A stretch of 32,000 nucleotides of DNA from Mycolicibacterium smegmatis (GCF_001457595.1 NZ_LN831039.1:5610001-5642000), one strand, 5' to 3'; counted from the stretch's first letter, positions 19,334 through 30,328 are shown. A program made the numbers and translations. The notes: a model not told the origin generated them from the sequence alone.

Positions 19334-19731
19334 TCGAGATCGTCAGCCGCTCGGCGTGTATCGCGTGCGACGTGTGCGTCAAGGTGTGCCCCACCGACGT
19401 GTTCGACCGCGGCGACGACGGCATCCCGGTGATCGCGCGGCAGTCCGACTGCCAGACGTGCTTCATGTGTGAGGCCTACTGCCCCACCGACGCGCTCTAC
19501 GTCGCACCCGTCTCCGAGCCGGTCGGCCCGGACAGCCCGCACGCCGACGAGACCGCGGTGCGCAGTGCCGGGCTGTTCGGGCAGTACCGCGCGCTCATCG
19601 GCTGGGGGCAGGGCCGCACACCGGGGGCACGCTTGGACAAGAACGCGGTGCTCACGTCGGTGCCCCCGCTGTCCGAGTCGCGGTTACCCGCTCCCGCCGA
19701 GCTTGCCGACGATCCGTGGAGTCACGCGTAG
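19330..19731 (+). CDS. Dicluster 4Fe-4S ferredoxin (AprB-like)
   Basis: CIACDVCVKVCP and CQTCFMCEAYCP: eight cysteines in two CxxCxxCxxxCP motifs. ATG overlaps the flavoprotein TGA. Confidence 0.9.
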   Translation: MIEIVSRSACIACDVCVKVCPTDVFDRGDDGIPVIARQSDCQTCFMCEAYCPTDALYVAPVSEPVGPDSPHADETAVRSAGLFGQYRALIGWGQGRTPGARLDKNAVLTSVPPLSESRLPAPAELADDPWSHA

Positions 19732-19734
19732 GCG

Positions 19735-22086
19735 TCAGAGCTTCTGCAGCGGCGCGTGGTTGTGCATGAGCTTGACGCGGCCGGCGCTGCCGAAGTCGAT
19801 GAGCGACATCGCGGATTCGCCGGTGCCCGCGACCTCCTCGACGCGGCCGAGACCGTACTTGTCGTGGGTCACGCGGTCACCAGGCTGTAGCACCATCAAC
19901 GGCTTGTTGCGGCCACCGCCGGGGCGGTTCGGCGAGGGCCGCGGTGAACCGAAGCCGATACCGCCGCCGCCGGAGGAGGACATGCGGCCCGGTGCGGCGT
20001 ACGCCGGCGTGGGCGCCTCGATGCGGCGCCAGTCGATGAGTTCCTGCGGGATCTCGCGCAGGAAGCGCGATTCCGGGTTGAGCATGGGCTGCCCCCACGA
20101 CGAGCGCACCTTGGCCCGGCTGAGGTAGAGCCGCTGGCGGGCGCGCGTGATGCCGACGTAGGCCAGGCGGCGTTCCTCGGACAGTTCGTTAGGGTCACCG
20201 AGTGCCCGCATGTGCGGGAACATGCCGTCCTCCCAACCGGTGACGAACACCGCGGGGAACTCCAGGCCCTTGGCGGTGTGCAGCGTCATCATCGTCACCA
20301 CACCGGAGCCCTCTTCGGGGATGTCGTCGGCGTCGGCGACCAGCGACACCCGCTCGAGGAACTGCGCCAGCACGCCCGTGTCGGGGATGTCCTCGTCGAC
20401 GGGCTCGTCGCTCTCCTCGGCCAGGGCCTGTGCGTTGGCCAGGTCGATGCTGAACTCGTGTGCGACGCTGACCAATTCGTTGAGGTTGTCGAGACGGGCC
20501 AGATCCTGCGGATCGCTCGACGCCTCGAGCTCACGGCGGTAGCCGGTGCGTTCCAGCACGGCCTCCACGAGGTCGCCGAGTTCTTCGTCGAGCTTGCCCC
20601 GCAGGTCGTCGAGCATCTGTACGAAGCTCGCGATGCACTTCTCCGAGCGTGTGTTGAGCATCGGCACGCGGCCCTCGGCGGCGGCCTGCAGCGCCTCGTT
20701 GAAGCTCACGCCGGTGTTCTCGGCGTACACCGCGACGCACGCCTCGGCACGGTCGCCGATGCCGCGGCGCGGCGTGTTGAGGATGCGCCGCATGCTCACC
20801 GAGTCGCCGGGATTGTCGAGCACGCGCAGGTAGGCGACGATGTCGCGGATCTCGCGGCGCTCGTAGAACCGCACGCCGCCGACGACCTTGTACGGGATGC
20901 CCGCGCGGATGAACACCTCTTCCAGCGCACGCGAGGAGTTGTTGGTGCGGTAGAACACCGCGATGTCGTTGTAGTTGTAGCCGTGCCGGTCGGTGAGCGC
21001 GTCGATCTCGTCGGCGACGAACCGGGCCTCGTCGTGCTCGTTGTCGGCGACGTAGCCGACGATCAGCTCACCCTGGCCTGCGTCGGTCCACAGGCGCTTC
21101 TCGCGACGCCCGGTGTTGCGGGCGATCACCGCGTTCGCGGCGTTGAGGATCGTCTGCGTCGACCGGTAGTTCTGTTCCAGCAGGATCGTCGTCGCGTCGG
21201 GGAAGTCGCGCTCGAAGTCCTCGATGTTGCGGATCGTCGCGCCGCGGAACGCGTAGATCGACTGGTCGGCGTCACCCACCACGCACAGCTCCGACGGCGG
21301 CACGCCGTCGTGGTCCTCGAGGTGGTGCCCGACGAGCTCACGCACCAGCACGTACTGCGCATGGTTGGTGTCCTGGTACTCGTCGACCAGGATGTGCCGG
21401 AACCGGCGCCGGTAGTACTGCGCGATCTGCGGGAACGCCTGCAGCACCGCGACCGTCTCCCCGATGAGGTCGTCGAAGTCCAGCGCATTGGCCGCGCGCA
21501 GCCGGCGCTGGTATTCGCCGTACACCTGCGCGATGACGGTGGCCATCTCGTCGGAGGCCTCGGACGCCTCGGCGGCGGCCTGTTCGGGGCCGATCAGCTC
21601 GTTCTTGAGGTTGGAGATCCCGTTGGCCAGCAGCCGCGGCGAGTACCGCTTGGTGTCCAGGCCCAGATCCTTGCCGATCATCATCAGCAGGCGCCGGGAA
21701 TCGTCGGAGTCGTAGATCGAGAAGTTCGAGTTCAGCCCGGGCAGCAGCGACGCCTGGTTGCGCAGGATCCGCACGCACGTCGAGTGGAACGTCGACACCC
21801 ACATGGCCTTGGCCCGCGGCCCCACCAGTTGCACCACGCGCTCGCGCATCTCGGCGGCGGCCTTGTTGGTGAACGTGATGGCCAGTACCTGCCCCACCCC
21901 GACCTCGCGCTCAGCGAGCAGGTACGCGATGCGCCGGGTCAGCACGGCAGTCTTTCCCGAACCCGCGCCCGCGACGATCAGCAGGGGCGAACCCTCGTGG
22001 AGCACCGCCTGACGCTGCTGCGGGTTCAGGCCGTCCAGGAGCTGGTCGGTTTCGGCGGCGAAGGGGGTGGCAGAGGGGGAAGTCAT
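19735..22086 (-). CDS. pcrA: UvrD/PcrA-type ATP-dependent DNA helicase (UvrD1)
   Basis: LNPQQRQAV, IVAGAGSGKTAVLTRR, VDEYQDTNHAQY, VVGDADQSIYAFRGA, TLHTAKGLEFPAVFVTG, AYVGITRARQRL; 783 aa with the C-terminal GDRVTHDKYGLGRV domain. Confidence 0.97.
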   Translation of the reverse strand: MTSPSATPFAAETDQLLDGLNPQQRQAVLHEGSPLLIVAGAGSGKTAVLTRRIAYLLAEREVGVGQVLAITFTNKAAAEMRERVVQLVGPRAKAMWVSTFHSTCVRILRNQASLLPGLNSNFSIYDSDDSRRLLMMIGKDLGLDTKRYSPRLLANGISNLKNELIGPEQAAAEASEASDEMATVIAQVYGEYQRRLRAANALDFDDLIGETVAVLQAFPQIAQYYRRRFRHILVDEYQDTNHAQYVLVRELVGHHLEDHDGVPPSELCVVGDADQSIYAFRGATIRNIEDFERDFPDATTILLEQNYRSTQTILNAANAVIARNTGRREKRLWTDAGQGELIVGYVADNEHDEARFVADEIDALTDRHGYNYNDIAVFYRTNNSSRALEEVFIRAGIPYKVVGGVRFYERREIRDIVAYLRVLDNPGDSVSMRRILNTPRRGIGDRAEACVAVYAENTGVSFNEALQAAAEGRVPMLNTRSEKCIASFVQMLDDLRGKLDEELGDLVEAVLERTGYRRELEASSDPQDLARLDNLNELVSVAHEFSIDLANAQALAEESDEPVDEDIPDTGVLAQFLERVSLVADADDIPEEGSGVVTMMTLHTAKGLEFPAVFVTGWEDGMFPHMRALGDPNELSEERRLAYVGITRARQRLYLSRAKVRSSWGQPMLNPESRFLREIPQELIDWRRIEAPTPAYAAPGRMSSSGGGGIGFGSPRPSPNRPGGGRNKPLMVLQPGDRVTHDKYGLGRVEEVAGTGESAMSLIDFGSAGRVKLMHNHAPLQKL

Positions 22087-22322
22087 CTCGGCTCAAACCT
22101 ACCGCGCGTCGCCGACATCCTTTGCGATGGGACGACATGTGGTGGCACACTCGATACGTGCTCATTGAGCAGAGGCGATTTTTCTACGGGTACCGGCCTG
22201 CGGTGCCCGTGGTCTAGCTGCCTTCCCCTTCCCAGCCCCGCGGTCCGCATCCGGATCCGGGGCTCGTCTCTTGTGTGAGGCCCGATCACCGGATGGGACC
22301 CCCACACGATGAGGAGCCTCAC

Positions 22323-22589
22323 ATGCCTGAGACCATCGATGCCGTGCCTGAGATCGATGACCTGCGTCGTGAGATCGACGAACTCGACGCCACCATCATC
22401 GCCGCCATCCAGCGGCGCACCGAAGTGTCGAAGACCATCGGTAAAGCACGCATGGCATCGGGCGGTACCCGCCTGGTCCACAGCCGTGAGATGAAGGTCA
22501 TCGAGCGCTACATCGACGCGCTCGGCCCGGAGGGCAAGGACCTCGCGATGCTGTTGCTGCGCCTCGGCCGCGGCCGCCTCGGGTACTAG
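22323..22589 (+). CDS. Chorismate mutase, short AroQ type (Rv0948c-like)
   Basis: MPETIDAVPEIDDLRREIDELDATIIAAIQRRTEVSKTIGKARMASGGTRLVHSREMKVIERY. Divergent to pcrA as in mycobacteria. ATG at 22323. Confidence 0.88.
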   Translation: MPETIDAVPEIDDLRREIDELDATIIAAIQRRTEVSKTIGKARMASGGTRLVHSREMKVIERYIDALGPEGKDLAMLLLRLGRGRLGY

Positions 22590-22591
22590 CG

Positions 22592-22610
22592 CTCGGCCTC
22601 GTGCGCCGAG
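22592..22610 (+). terminator. Weak candidate terminator hairpin after chorismate mutase
   Basis: CTCGGC-CTCGTGC-GCCGAG (6-bp stem), no T tract. Confidence 0.25.
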
Positions 22611-22682
22611 TGTGCGCTTTCATACGCCCGCGGCGGCGCGTCGGGGATGAAACCGCACGGTCGGCGGGAAGTCAGCGGGAAG

Positions 22683-24692
22683 TCAGCGTGGCTTGCCCGG
22701 CGGCAGCTTCTTGAGCGAGTCGACCAGCCACGGCGTCAGCCATTCCACGGCCTCGGCAGTGGGATGCACACCGTCGCTGCGCATCCGGATGCCGTCCACG
22801 CGCGCGGTGTAGGCGCCGTTGGGGTTGAGCTTGGCGTTGAAGTCGAGCACCGACACGTTGGGCCGCTTGGCGGCGACGTCGCGCAGGATCGTGTTCCACG
22901 CCCGCACGCGTGACGGCTGGTCCTCGGGGTACAGGCTGCCGTCCGCGCGTTCGCCGCGGCGCGTGTAGGGCGCGGTCGTGACGACGACGCGTGCGCCGGT
23001 CGAACCGAGGATGTCCAGAGCCCGCTGTAGTTCGGCGGTGAGGTAGTCGTCGTAGGCGTCCTCACCGATGTGGGTCCAGTGGCCCTCGTGCTTGCGGTCG
23101 ACGATCTCCCAGCGACCGATCATCAGCAGCACCGTGTCGGGGCGGTCGTGCCGGATGCGCTGGGTCCAGCGGGCGGGCCACGTGTCGCACTCGGGTTTCT
23201 GGTTGAGGGTCTCCCCTGCCGACCGGTACGGCCCGCCGCGCGCGATACCGCAGCCGATGGTCGTGTAGTTGCTGAACGCCAGGCCCGGCGTGGCGGGCAG
23301 ATAACGCATCAACGTCCACGCGACCGAATCACCGAACACCGCGACGCTGTGGGTTCCCGGTGCCCGGCGTGCGGGCGCAGGTCCCAGAACAGGCCGTTCG
23401 GCACCCACGTCGGGCTGCACCGCGGCGGCCGACATGACGTCGGGCCCCAGCGGCGTGGGCTGCGGGGGCGTGACGGGCACGACGGTCAGGGTGACGACGG
23501 CAGCGGTCGCCGCCGTGGCCGCGGCCAGCGGCAGCATCGGCACATGCTGTGGCCGCCAGCGCCGCACGGGTTGTTCGACGAACCGCCACGACACCCACGC
23601 GAGCGCGATCGTCACCCCGAAGCGCAGCGCGACCAGCGACCATCCCGTCAGCCCCGTGCGTTCGCCGTTGAGGATCAAGAACAGCGGCCAGTGCCACAGG
23701 TACACGCCGTACGAGATCGCACCGAGCGCGACGAGTGGCCGCCACCCCAGCGCCCTGGCCACCCAGCCGTACTGGTCGAGGGCGACGGGCACGATCACCA
23801 GCACCGCTGCGGCCGCGACGATGATCAGCAGGCCGTGCCGGAAGTCCTCGGCGTCGCCTGTGGCCAAGTGCGCGGCGGCGCCCAGCACGGCGAGTCCGAA
23901 CACCGGGAGCACCCACGCGATCCAGCGCCGCCACCGCGCGCGGATCAGGGTCCCCGACACCGTGAGTGCCGACCAGTCGCGCACCAGCAGCGCCGCGGCC
24001 GCGGCGCCGAGCAGCAGACCCTGCGCGCGGAAGTCGGTGCCGAAGTAGACGCGGTTCAGGGTGTCGGTGTTGACGGCCACGATCGCGCAGGCCGCCGAGG
24101 CGGCCGCACCGGCCGTCGCGATCACGACCACCGCGATGCGCACGGCGCGGGCCCCGCGCCGGCGCAACAGGAGCACGGCGAACAGCACCAGGAGCGGCCA
24201 GACGAGGTAGTACTGCTCTTCGACCCCGAGTGACCAGGTGTGCTGCAGGGGCGACGGCGGCGCGCCCTGTGAGAAGTAGTCGGCCTGCTGGGCGACGAAA
24301 GCCCAGTTGGCCACCCAGAAGAACGCCGCGACGGCGTCGTCGCGCAGCGAGGTCACCGCATCGGGCGGGAACAGCTCGCGCGCGGCGACGACCGCGAGGG
24401 TCATGACGAGCAGCGCGGGCAGCAGGCGCCGGGCACGACGGATCCAGAAGCCCTTGAGGTCGACGCGGCCGGTGCGGGCGAACTCGTCGAGCAGCAACGA
24501 CGTGATCAGGAATCCGCTGAGCACGAAGAAGATGTCGACGCCGATGAATCCCCCCGCCACGCCGGGCACACCGGCGTGGCCGGCCAGGACCAACAGGACC
24601 GCGATGGCCCGGATGCCGTCGAGTGCGGGGATCTCGCCGCGCGCAGGGAGGGTCCGACGGCGACCGGCAGCACGGACTGGCGCCGCAGTCAC
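22683..24692 (-). CDS. Acyltransferase 3 (OafA/YrhL-like) with C-terminal SGNH-type domain
   Basis: ALDGIRAIAVLLVLAGHAGVPGVAGGFIGVDIFFVLSGFLIT, HTWSLGVEEQYYLVWP, and C-terminal VAVFGDSVAWTLMRYL. Confidence 0.93.
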   Translation of the reverse strand: MTAAPVRAAGRRRTLPARGEIPALDGIRAIAVLLVLAGHAGVPGVAGGFIGVDIFFVLSGFLITSLLLDEFARTGRVDLKGFWIRRARRLLPALLVMTLAVVAARELFPPDAVTSLRDDAVAAFFWVANWAFVAQQADYFSQGAPPSPLQHTWSLGVEEQYYLVWPLLVLFAVLLLRRRGARAVRIAVVVIATAGAAASAACAIVAVNTDTLNRVYFGTDFRAQGLLLGAAAAALLVRDWSALTVSGTLIRARWRRWIAWVLPVFGLAVLGAAAHLATGDAEDFRHGLLIIVAAAAVLVIVPVALDQYGWVARALGWRPLVALGAISYGVYLWHWPLFLILNGERTGLTGWSLVALRFGVTIALAWVSWRFVEQPVRRWRPQHVPMLPLAAATAATAAVVTLTVVPVTPPQPTPLGPDVMSAAAVQPDVGAERPVLGPAPARRAPGTHSVAVFGDSVAWTLMRYLPATPGLAFSNYTTIGCGIARGGPYRSAGETLNQKPECDTWPARWTQRIRHDRPDTVLLMIGRWEIVDRKHEGHWTHIGEDAYDDYLTAELQRALDILGSTGARVVVTTAPYTRRGERADGSLYPEDQPSRVRAWNTILRDVAAKRPNVSVLDFNAKLNPNGAYTARVDGIRMRSDGVHPTAEAVEWLTPWLVDSLKKLPPGKPR

Positions 24693-24822
24693 GTCATGAC
24701 CTCCTGTCTGGCGTATGAGCCCAGAAGTTTAGGGGTCGGTGACGGTCGAATCCGGAAGGCGCGCCACGGGTCGGCGGTTCGCGGTTTAGGATCTGCGCAA
24801 CACCCCATCGCGAAGTCCGGCC

Positions 24823-25836
24823 ATGACTCTTTCGCCCACTGTCAAGCAGGTCGCGGCGGTCCTGACCGTCGTCGTGCCGCTGTTCGTCCCCGAAGTGGTG
24901 CTGAGCTTCACGCCGTTTCACGCCGACGCCGCGATGGTCATGGCAGGCATGCTGCCGACGGTGCTGGCCTGGGTGTTCGCTCCGCGTTACGCCGCAGGCG
25001 CGGCAGTGCTTGCGGCGCTGGCGAATACGCTCGCGGTGCTCGCGTTCGGCAACCTCGCGCTCACGGCCCTGCTGGCCGGCGCGCTCGCATTGCTGGTGGG
25101 GCTGAGTGCACGGCGCGGTCTGCACATCGTCGGGATGTTCATCGCGGTGCAACCGCTGATCACGCTCGTCGCGGGCTTCCCGACGGTCGAACTCAGCGGT
25201 CAGACGCCCGGCACCGGTGGCCAGGCGGTGCTGTGTGGGGTGTTCGCGCTGGGCGGCGGCCTGTGGGCGCTGGCGGTGGGCGCGTTGATGCTGCGCGACG
25301 AGGTGGTCGGCCCGCCCGATCCGGTGCCGGTGCCGATCGTCGGGTTCTACACCGCGGCACTGCTGTTGATGCTCGTGCCGGGCACCGTGGTGGCGGCGTC
25401 GTGGTTCCTGCACACCACCGCGGGGTGGCTGCTCGCGACGATCGTTCTGGTGACCCGCCCTACCTATGACGAGTCACGCCGCATGATCGTCGAGCGGTCG
25501 CTGGGCACGGTTGTCGGTGGTCTCGCCGCGGCCGGTGTCGCGCTGGTGGTGCAGAACGGCCTGGCACTGGTGCTTCTGGGCACCGCGGCCATGGTCGTGG
25601 CCGCGGTGCTGCAGCTCATGCATGCCCGCTACGCGTACTTCGCCGGGTTCCTCACCGCGGCCCTCGTGCTGGTCAACGCCGAACGCGCCGACGTGCTGAC
25701 CACGGGCGCCGAGCGGATCCTGTGGACCGTTCTCGGTGCGCTGGCCGTGGCCGCTGTGGTGACCACGGCCGAAGCACTGCTGGGCCGCCACTCCGACAGG
25801 GCGGCGGAGGCCGCCCCGAGCCGCGCTACTTCGTGA
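24823..25836 (+). CDS. FUSC-like multi-pass membrane protein
   Basis: Long hydrophobic stretches and a central RSLGTVVGGLAAAGVALV motif typical of FUSC/aromatic-acid-exporter-like proteins. Confidence 0.6.
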   Translation: MTLSPTVKQVAAVLTVVVPLFVPEVVLSFTPFHADAAMVMAGMLPTVLAWVFAPRYAAGAAVLAALANTLAVLAFGNLALTALLAGALALLVGLSARRGLHIVGMFIAVQPLITLVAGFPTVELSGQTPGTGGQAVLCGVFALGGGLWALAVGALMLRDEVVGPPDPVPVPIVGFYTAALLLMLVPGTVVAASWFLHTTAGWLLATIVLVTRPTYDESRRMIVERSLGTVVGGLAAAGVALVVQNGLALVLLGTAAMVVAAVLQLMHARYAYFAGFLTAALVLVNAERADVLTTGAERILWTVLGALAVAAVVTTAEALLGRHSDRAAEAAPSRATS

Positions 25837-27274
25837 GCGCGATGTACTTGGTGTCGAGGTACTCCTCGATGCCCTCGATACCGCCTTCGCGCCCGAACCC
25901 GGATTCCTTGATGCCGCCGAAAGGTGCTGCCGGATCGGAGATCACACCACGGTTGATCCCGACCATGCCGGACTGGATCGTCTCGGCCACGCGCAGCGCA
26001 CGGTCGAGCGACTGCGTGTAGATGTAGGCGGCCAGGCCGTATTCGGTGTCGTTGGCCGCGGCGATGCCTTCTTCCTCGGTGTCGAATCCGGTGATCGGCG
26101 CGACGGGCCCGAACACCTCCTCTTTGAGGATGCGCGCGTCGGCGGGCACGTCGGCCAAAACGGTCGCGGGGTAGAAGTTGCCCGGGCCGCCCGGTGCGAC
26201 GCCGCCGACCGCGACCGTCGCGCCGCGTGACACCGCGTCGGAGACGAGCTCGGTGACCGTGGCGACCTGCTTGGAGTTGATCAGCGGTCCCAGCGTCGAC
26301 GACGGGTCGAGGCCCTTGCCGAGGGTGAACTCGCTCATGCGCTTGACGAGCTTCTCGGTGAACTCCTCGCGCACCGAGTTGGCGACGTGGAACCGGTTGG
26401 CCGCGGTGCACGCCTCGCCGCCGTTGCGCATCTTGGCCAGGATCGCGCCGTCGACGGCCGCGTCGACGTCGGCGTCGTCGAACACGATGAACGGCGCGTT
26501 GCCACCCAGTTCCATCGAGGTCCGCAGCAGTTTGTCCGCGGACTGCTTGACCAGCGCCTTGCCCACACCGGTCGAGCCGGTGAACGTGAGCTTGCGCAGC
26601 CGGCCGTCGTCGATGAGCGCGCCCGTGACCCCGCGCGGGTTGCTGGTGGGCAGCACCGACAGGACGCCCTTGGGCAGCCCGGCCTCGTCCATGAGCTTGG
26701 CCAGCAGCAGCATGGTCAGCGGGGTTTCCTGTGCGGGCTTGACGATCATGGTGCAGCCGGCCGCGAACGCCGGGCCCATCTTGCGGGTGCCCATGGCCAG
26801 CGGGAAGTTCCACGGCGTGATCGCGTAGCACGGGCCGACGGCCTGCTTGGTCACCAGGATCCGTCCGGTGCCCGCGGGCGCGTGCGTATAGCGGCCGTCG
26901 ATGCGCACGGCCTCCTCGGAGAACCAGCGGAAGAACTCGGCGCCGTAGGCCACCTCGCCCTTGCTCTCGGGCAGCACCTTGCCCATCTCGAGCGTCATCA
27001 GCGCGGCGATGTCGTCGGCACGCTCGGTGATCTTCTCGAAGACCGACCGCAGGATCTCGCCCCGCGTGCGCGCAGGCGTCGCGGCCCACTCGTCCTGCAC
27101 GGCGCATGCCGCGTCGAGTGCGGCGATCGCATCCTCGGCGGTGGCATCGGCGACCGCGGTGATCACCTGATCGTCGCTCGGATCGAGCACGTTGAACGTC
27201 GACGCGGCCTTCTGCTCCTCACCACCGATCCACAGTCCGGTGGGGACGGATGAAATCAGGTCTTCGATGCGCAT
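25826..27274 (-). CDS. gabD: NAD(P)-dependent succinate-semialdehyde dehydrogenase family protein
   Basis: [112 protein letters not shown]. Confidence 0.88.
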   Translation of the reverse strand: MRIEDLISSVPTGLWIGGEEQKAASTFNVLDPSDDQVITAVADATAEDAIAALDAACAVQDEWAATPARTRGEILRSVFEKITERADDIAALMTLEMGKVLPESKGEVAYGAEFFRWFSEEAVRIDGRYTHAPAGTGRILVTKQAVGPCYAITPWNFPLAMGTRKMGPAFAAGCTMIVKPAQETPLTMLLLAKLMDEAGLPKGVLSVLPTSNPRGVTGALIDDGRLRKLTFTGSTGVGKALVKQSADKLLRTSMELGGNAPFIVFDDADVDAAVDGAILAKMRNGGEACTAANRFHVANSVREEFTEKLVKRMSEFTLGKGLDPSSTLGPLINSKQVATVTELVSDAVSRGATVAVGGVAPGGPGNFYPATVLADVPADARILKEEVFGPVAPITGFDTEEEGIAAANDTEYGLAAYIYTQSLDRALRVAETIQSGMVGINRGVISDPAAPFGGIKESGFGREGGIEGIEEYLDTKYIALTK

Positions 27275-27324
27275 ACATCCATCATGTACACCCTCGACAC
27301 GTTCACCGCACTAAGGTCGACACA

Positions 27325-28970
<1,646 letters not shown>

Positions 28971-28974
<4 letters not shown>

Positions 28975-29546
28975 GCTTCGGCGTCGGCTTCTGCGTCCGA
29001 ACGCCTGGTCCAGCCCAGGATCATCGCGGGCAGGCAGCTGCCGATCATCAAGGCCGCCAAGGCCATCAGCGCACCGGCATAGGCCAGGTCGCGGATGGTC
29101 TTGGCGTCGGCGCCGGTCAGCTGCGTCGACACGATGATCAGGAAGAAGATCGGTACCAGCATCAGCGACTGGATGACGGTCAGCCCGATGGACCGTGCGC
29201 TGTTGCGCTGCGCGATCTCATATTCGTCGAGTGTCGCACTGGGAGCGTCACTTTGACGCCCCAGCACAATCTGCAACATCAACCAGACCGGGAAGAACAC
29301 TGCGACCGCAGGCAGCCACATCAACGCGGCCTGCCGAAAACCCGTGGCGCACAACACACTCGTGATCACCATGAGTGCGAGCGAGGCGGCCAGCACACCG
29401 ACGAGCAGGCGGCGACGGCCCTGTGTGCGCCAGCCGGGCAGCGAGTTGGCGTATGTGCTCTGGTGTTTGAGAAAGCGGCCCGTCCGGTGGTCCTGGTACC
29501 GGTCGATGAGCGTCGGCTTCGGGGTGGTGCGCGTCGATCTAGTCAT
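28971..29546 (-). CDS. Hypothetical membrane protein (about four transmembrane segments), partner of the upstream XRE regulator
   Basis: [27 protein letters not shown]..., two hydrophobic pairs. Overlaps the regulator stop by 8 nt. Confidence 0.75.
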
Positions 29547-29829
29547 CAGCACTTCCTTCCGGTTGGCCCGTTCTCCCATAGAGCTCGGTGGACAGCGGAG
29601 TGAAGGCGGTGCGTGAGAACACCGCCTCCACCGGCAGGCCGAACACGTCGCAGATGCGGAACGCCAGATCGAGGCTGGGGTAATGGTCGCCTCGCTCCAG
29701 CGCTCCGACCGTCTGCGGATTGACGTTGATCAGGCCCGCAAGCTCCGCTCGGCTCATCCGCCGCTCGGCGCGTAGCACCGCGATGCGGTTGTAGATGGGG
29801 AGAGTTTCCCCGCGCCTCACCGGACTCAT
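29539..29829 (-). CDS. Short XRE/HTH_3-type transcriptional regulator
   Basis: MSPVRRGETLPIYNRIAVLRAERRMSRAELAGLINVNPQTVGALERGDHYPSLDLAFRICDVFGLPVEAVF: classic short HTH_3 regulator. Confidence 0.88.
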   Translation of the reverse strand: MSPVRRGETLPIYNRIAVLRAERRMSRAELAGLINVNPQTVGALERGDHYPSLDLAFRICDVFGLPVEAVFSRTAFTPLSTELYGRTGQPEGSADD

Positions 29830-29832
29830 GCA

Positions 29833-29865
29833 ACACATTGTTGGGAAAACCCAACAATGTGTCAA
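29833..29865 (-). promoter_or_regulatory. Predicted SigA-like promoter embedded in a 13-bp inverted repeat; likely autoregulatory operator of the XRE gene
   Basis: Arms ACACATTGTTGGG (29833-29845) / CCCAACAATGTGT (29850-29862). On the minus strand: TTGACA (29865-29860), 17-nt spacer, AACAAT (29842-29837), ATG at 29829. Confidence 0.65.
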
Positions 29866-29917
29866 CATGATCCATGGAATTGTTTGGCCGTCCGAAAGGA
29901 AGTTGCTGTTCAGGCCC

Positions 29918-30328
29918 TTACGGGGCGGGGATGGTGGCGCATCCGACGTTCGGGATGCAACCGCTGGCGCCACCGGGTCCGGCCGTACCACCCGGGCCAC
30001 CGGGGATCACGCCGGTCGCACCGTCAGGTCCGGCGGTACCGGCCGGTCCACCGGGGATGGAGCCCGTTGCGCCGTCGGGTCCTGCGGCACCTCCCGGACC
30101 ACCGGGGATGGCACCGCTGGCGCCGCCCGGTCCGGCCGTGCCACCCGGACCACCGGGGATCTGACCGGTCGCGCCGCCGGGACCGGCGGTGCCGATGTCC
30201 GAGCACGGTGTGCCGTCAGCGTTGACACACGGCGGCGGGGCCGGCTCGGCCATCGCCATGGGAGCAAAGGCCAGAGCCCCTGCCGCCGCGCCTGCAAAAA
30301 TCATCGAGGTGAGCGTCTTTGAGGTCAT
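29918..30328 (-). CDS. Small secreted Gly/Pro/Ala-rich repeat protein
   Basis: Signal peptide MTSKTLTSMIFAGAAAGALAFAPMAMAEPAPPPC, then five 17-residue repeats of G(T/A)AGPxGA(T/S)GxIPGGPx type. Confidence 0.75.
   Translation of the reverse strand: MTSKTLTSMIFAGAAAGALAFAPMAMAEPAPPPCVNADGTPCSDIGTAGPGGATGQIPGGPGGTAGPGGASGAIPGGPGGAAGPDGATGSIPGGPAGTAGPDGATGVIPGGPGGTAGPGGASGCIPNVGCATIPAP
29939..30193 (-). repeat. Five tandem 51-bp coding repeats
   Basis: GTAGPGGATGQIPGGPG / GTAGPGGASGAIPGGPG / GAAGPDGATGSIPGGPA / GTAGPDGATGVIPGGPG / GTAGPGGASGCIPNVGC. Confidence 0.85.

Noticed and set aside
20212-22278. 688-aa plus-strand ORF opposite pcrA
   Set aside because: Mirror ORF of the well-supported helicase gene; composition is typical of antisense frames.
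22274-22323. 8-bp inverted repeat TGTGAGGC...GCCTCACA spanning the chorismate mutase RBS and start
   Set aside because: The arms are short and 34 nt apart, which could easily occur by chance at this GC content. Noted but not supported as a regulatory hairpin.
29874-30164. Plus-strand ORF encoding MELFGRPKGSCC... with Pro/Gly-rich repeats (GPAVPPGPPG)
   Set aside because: It is antisense to the signal-peptide-bearing repeat protein. Its repeats follow from the 51-bp repeat on the other strand, and it lacks a convincing start region or signal sequence.
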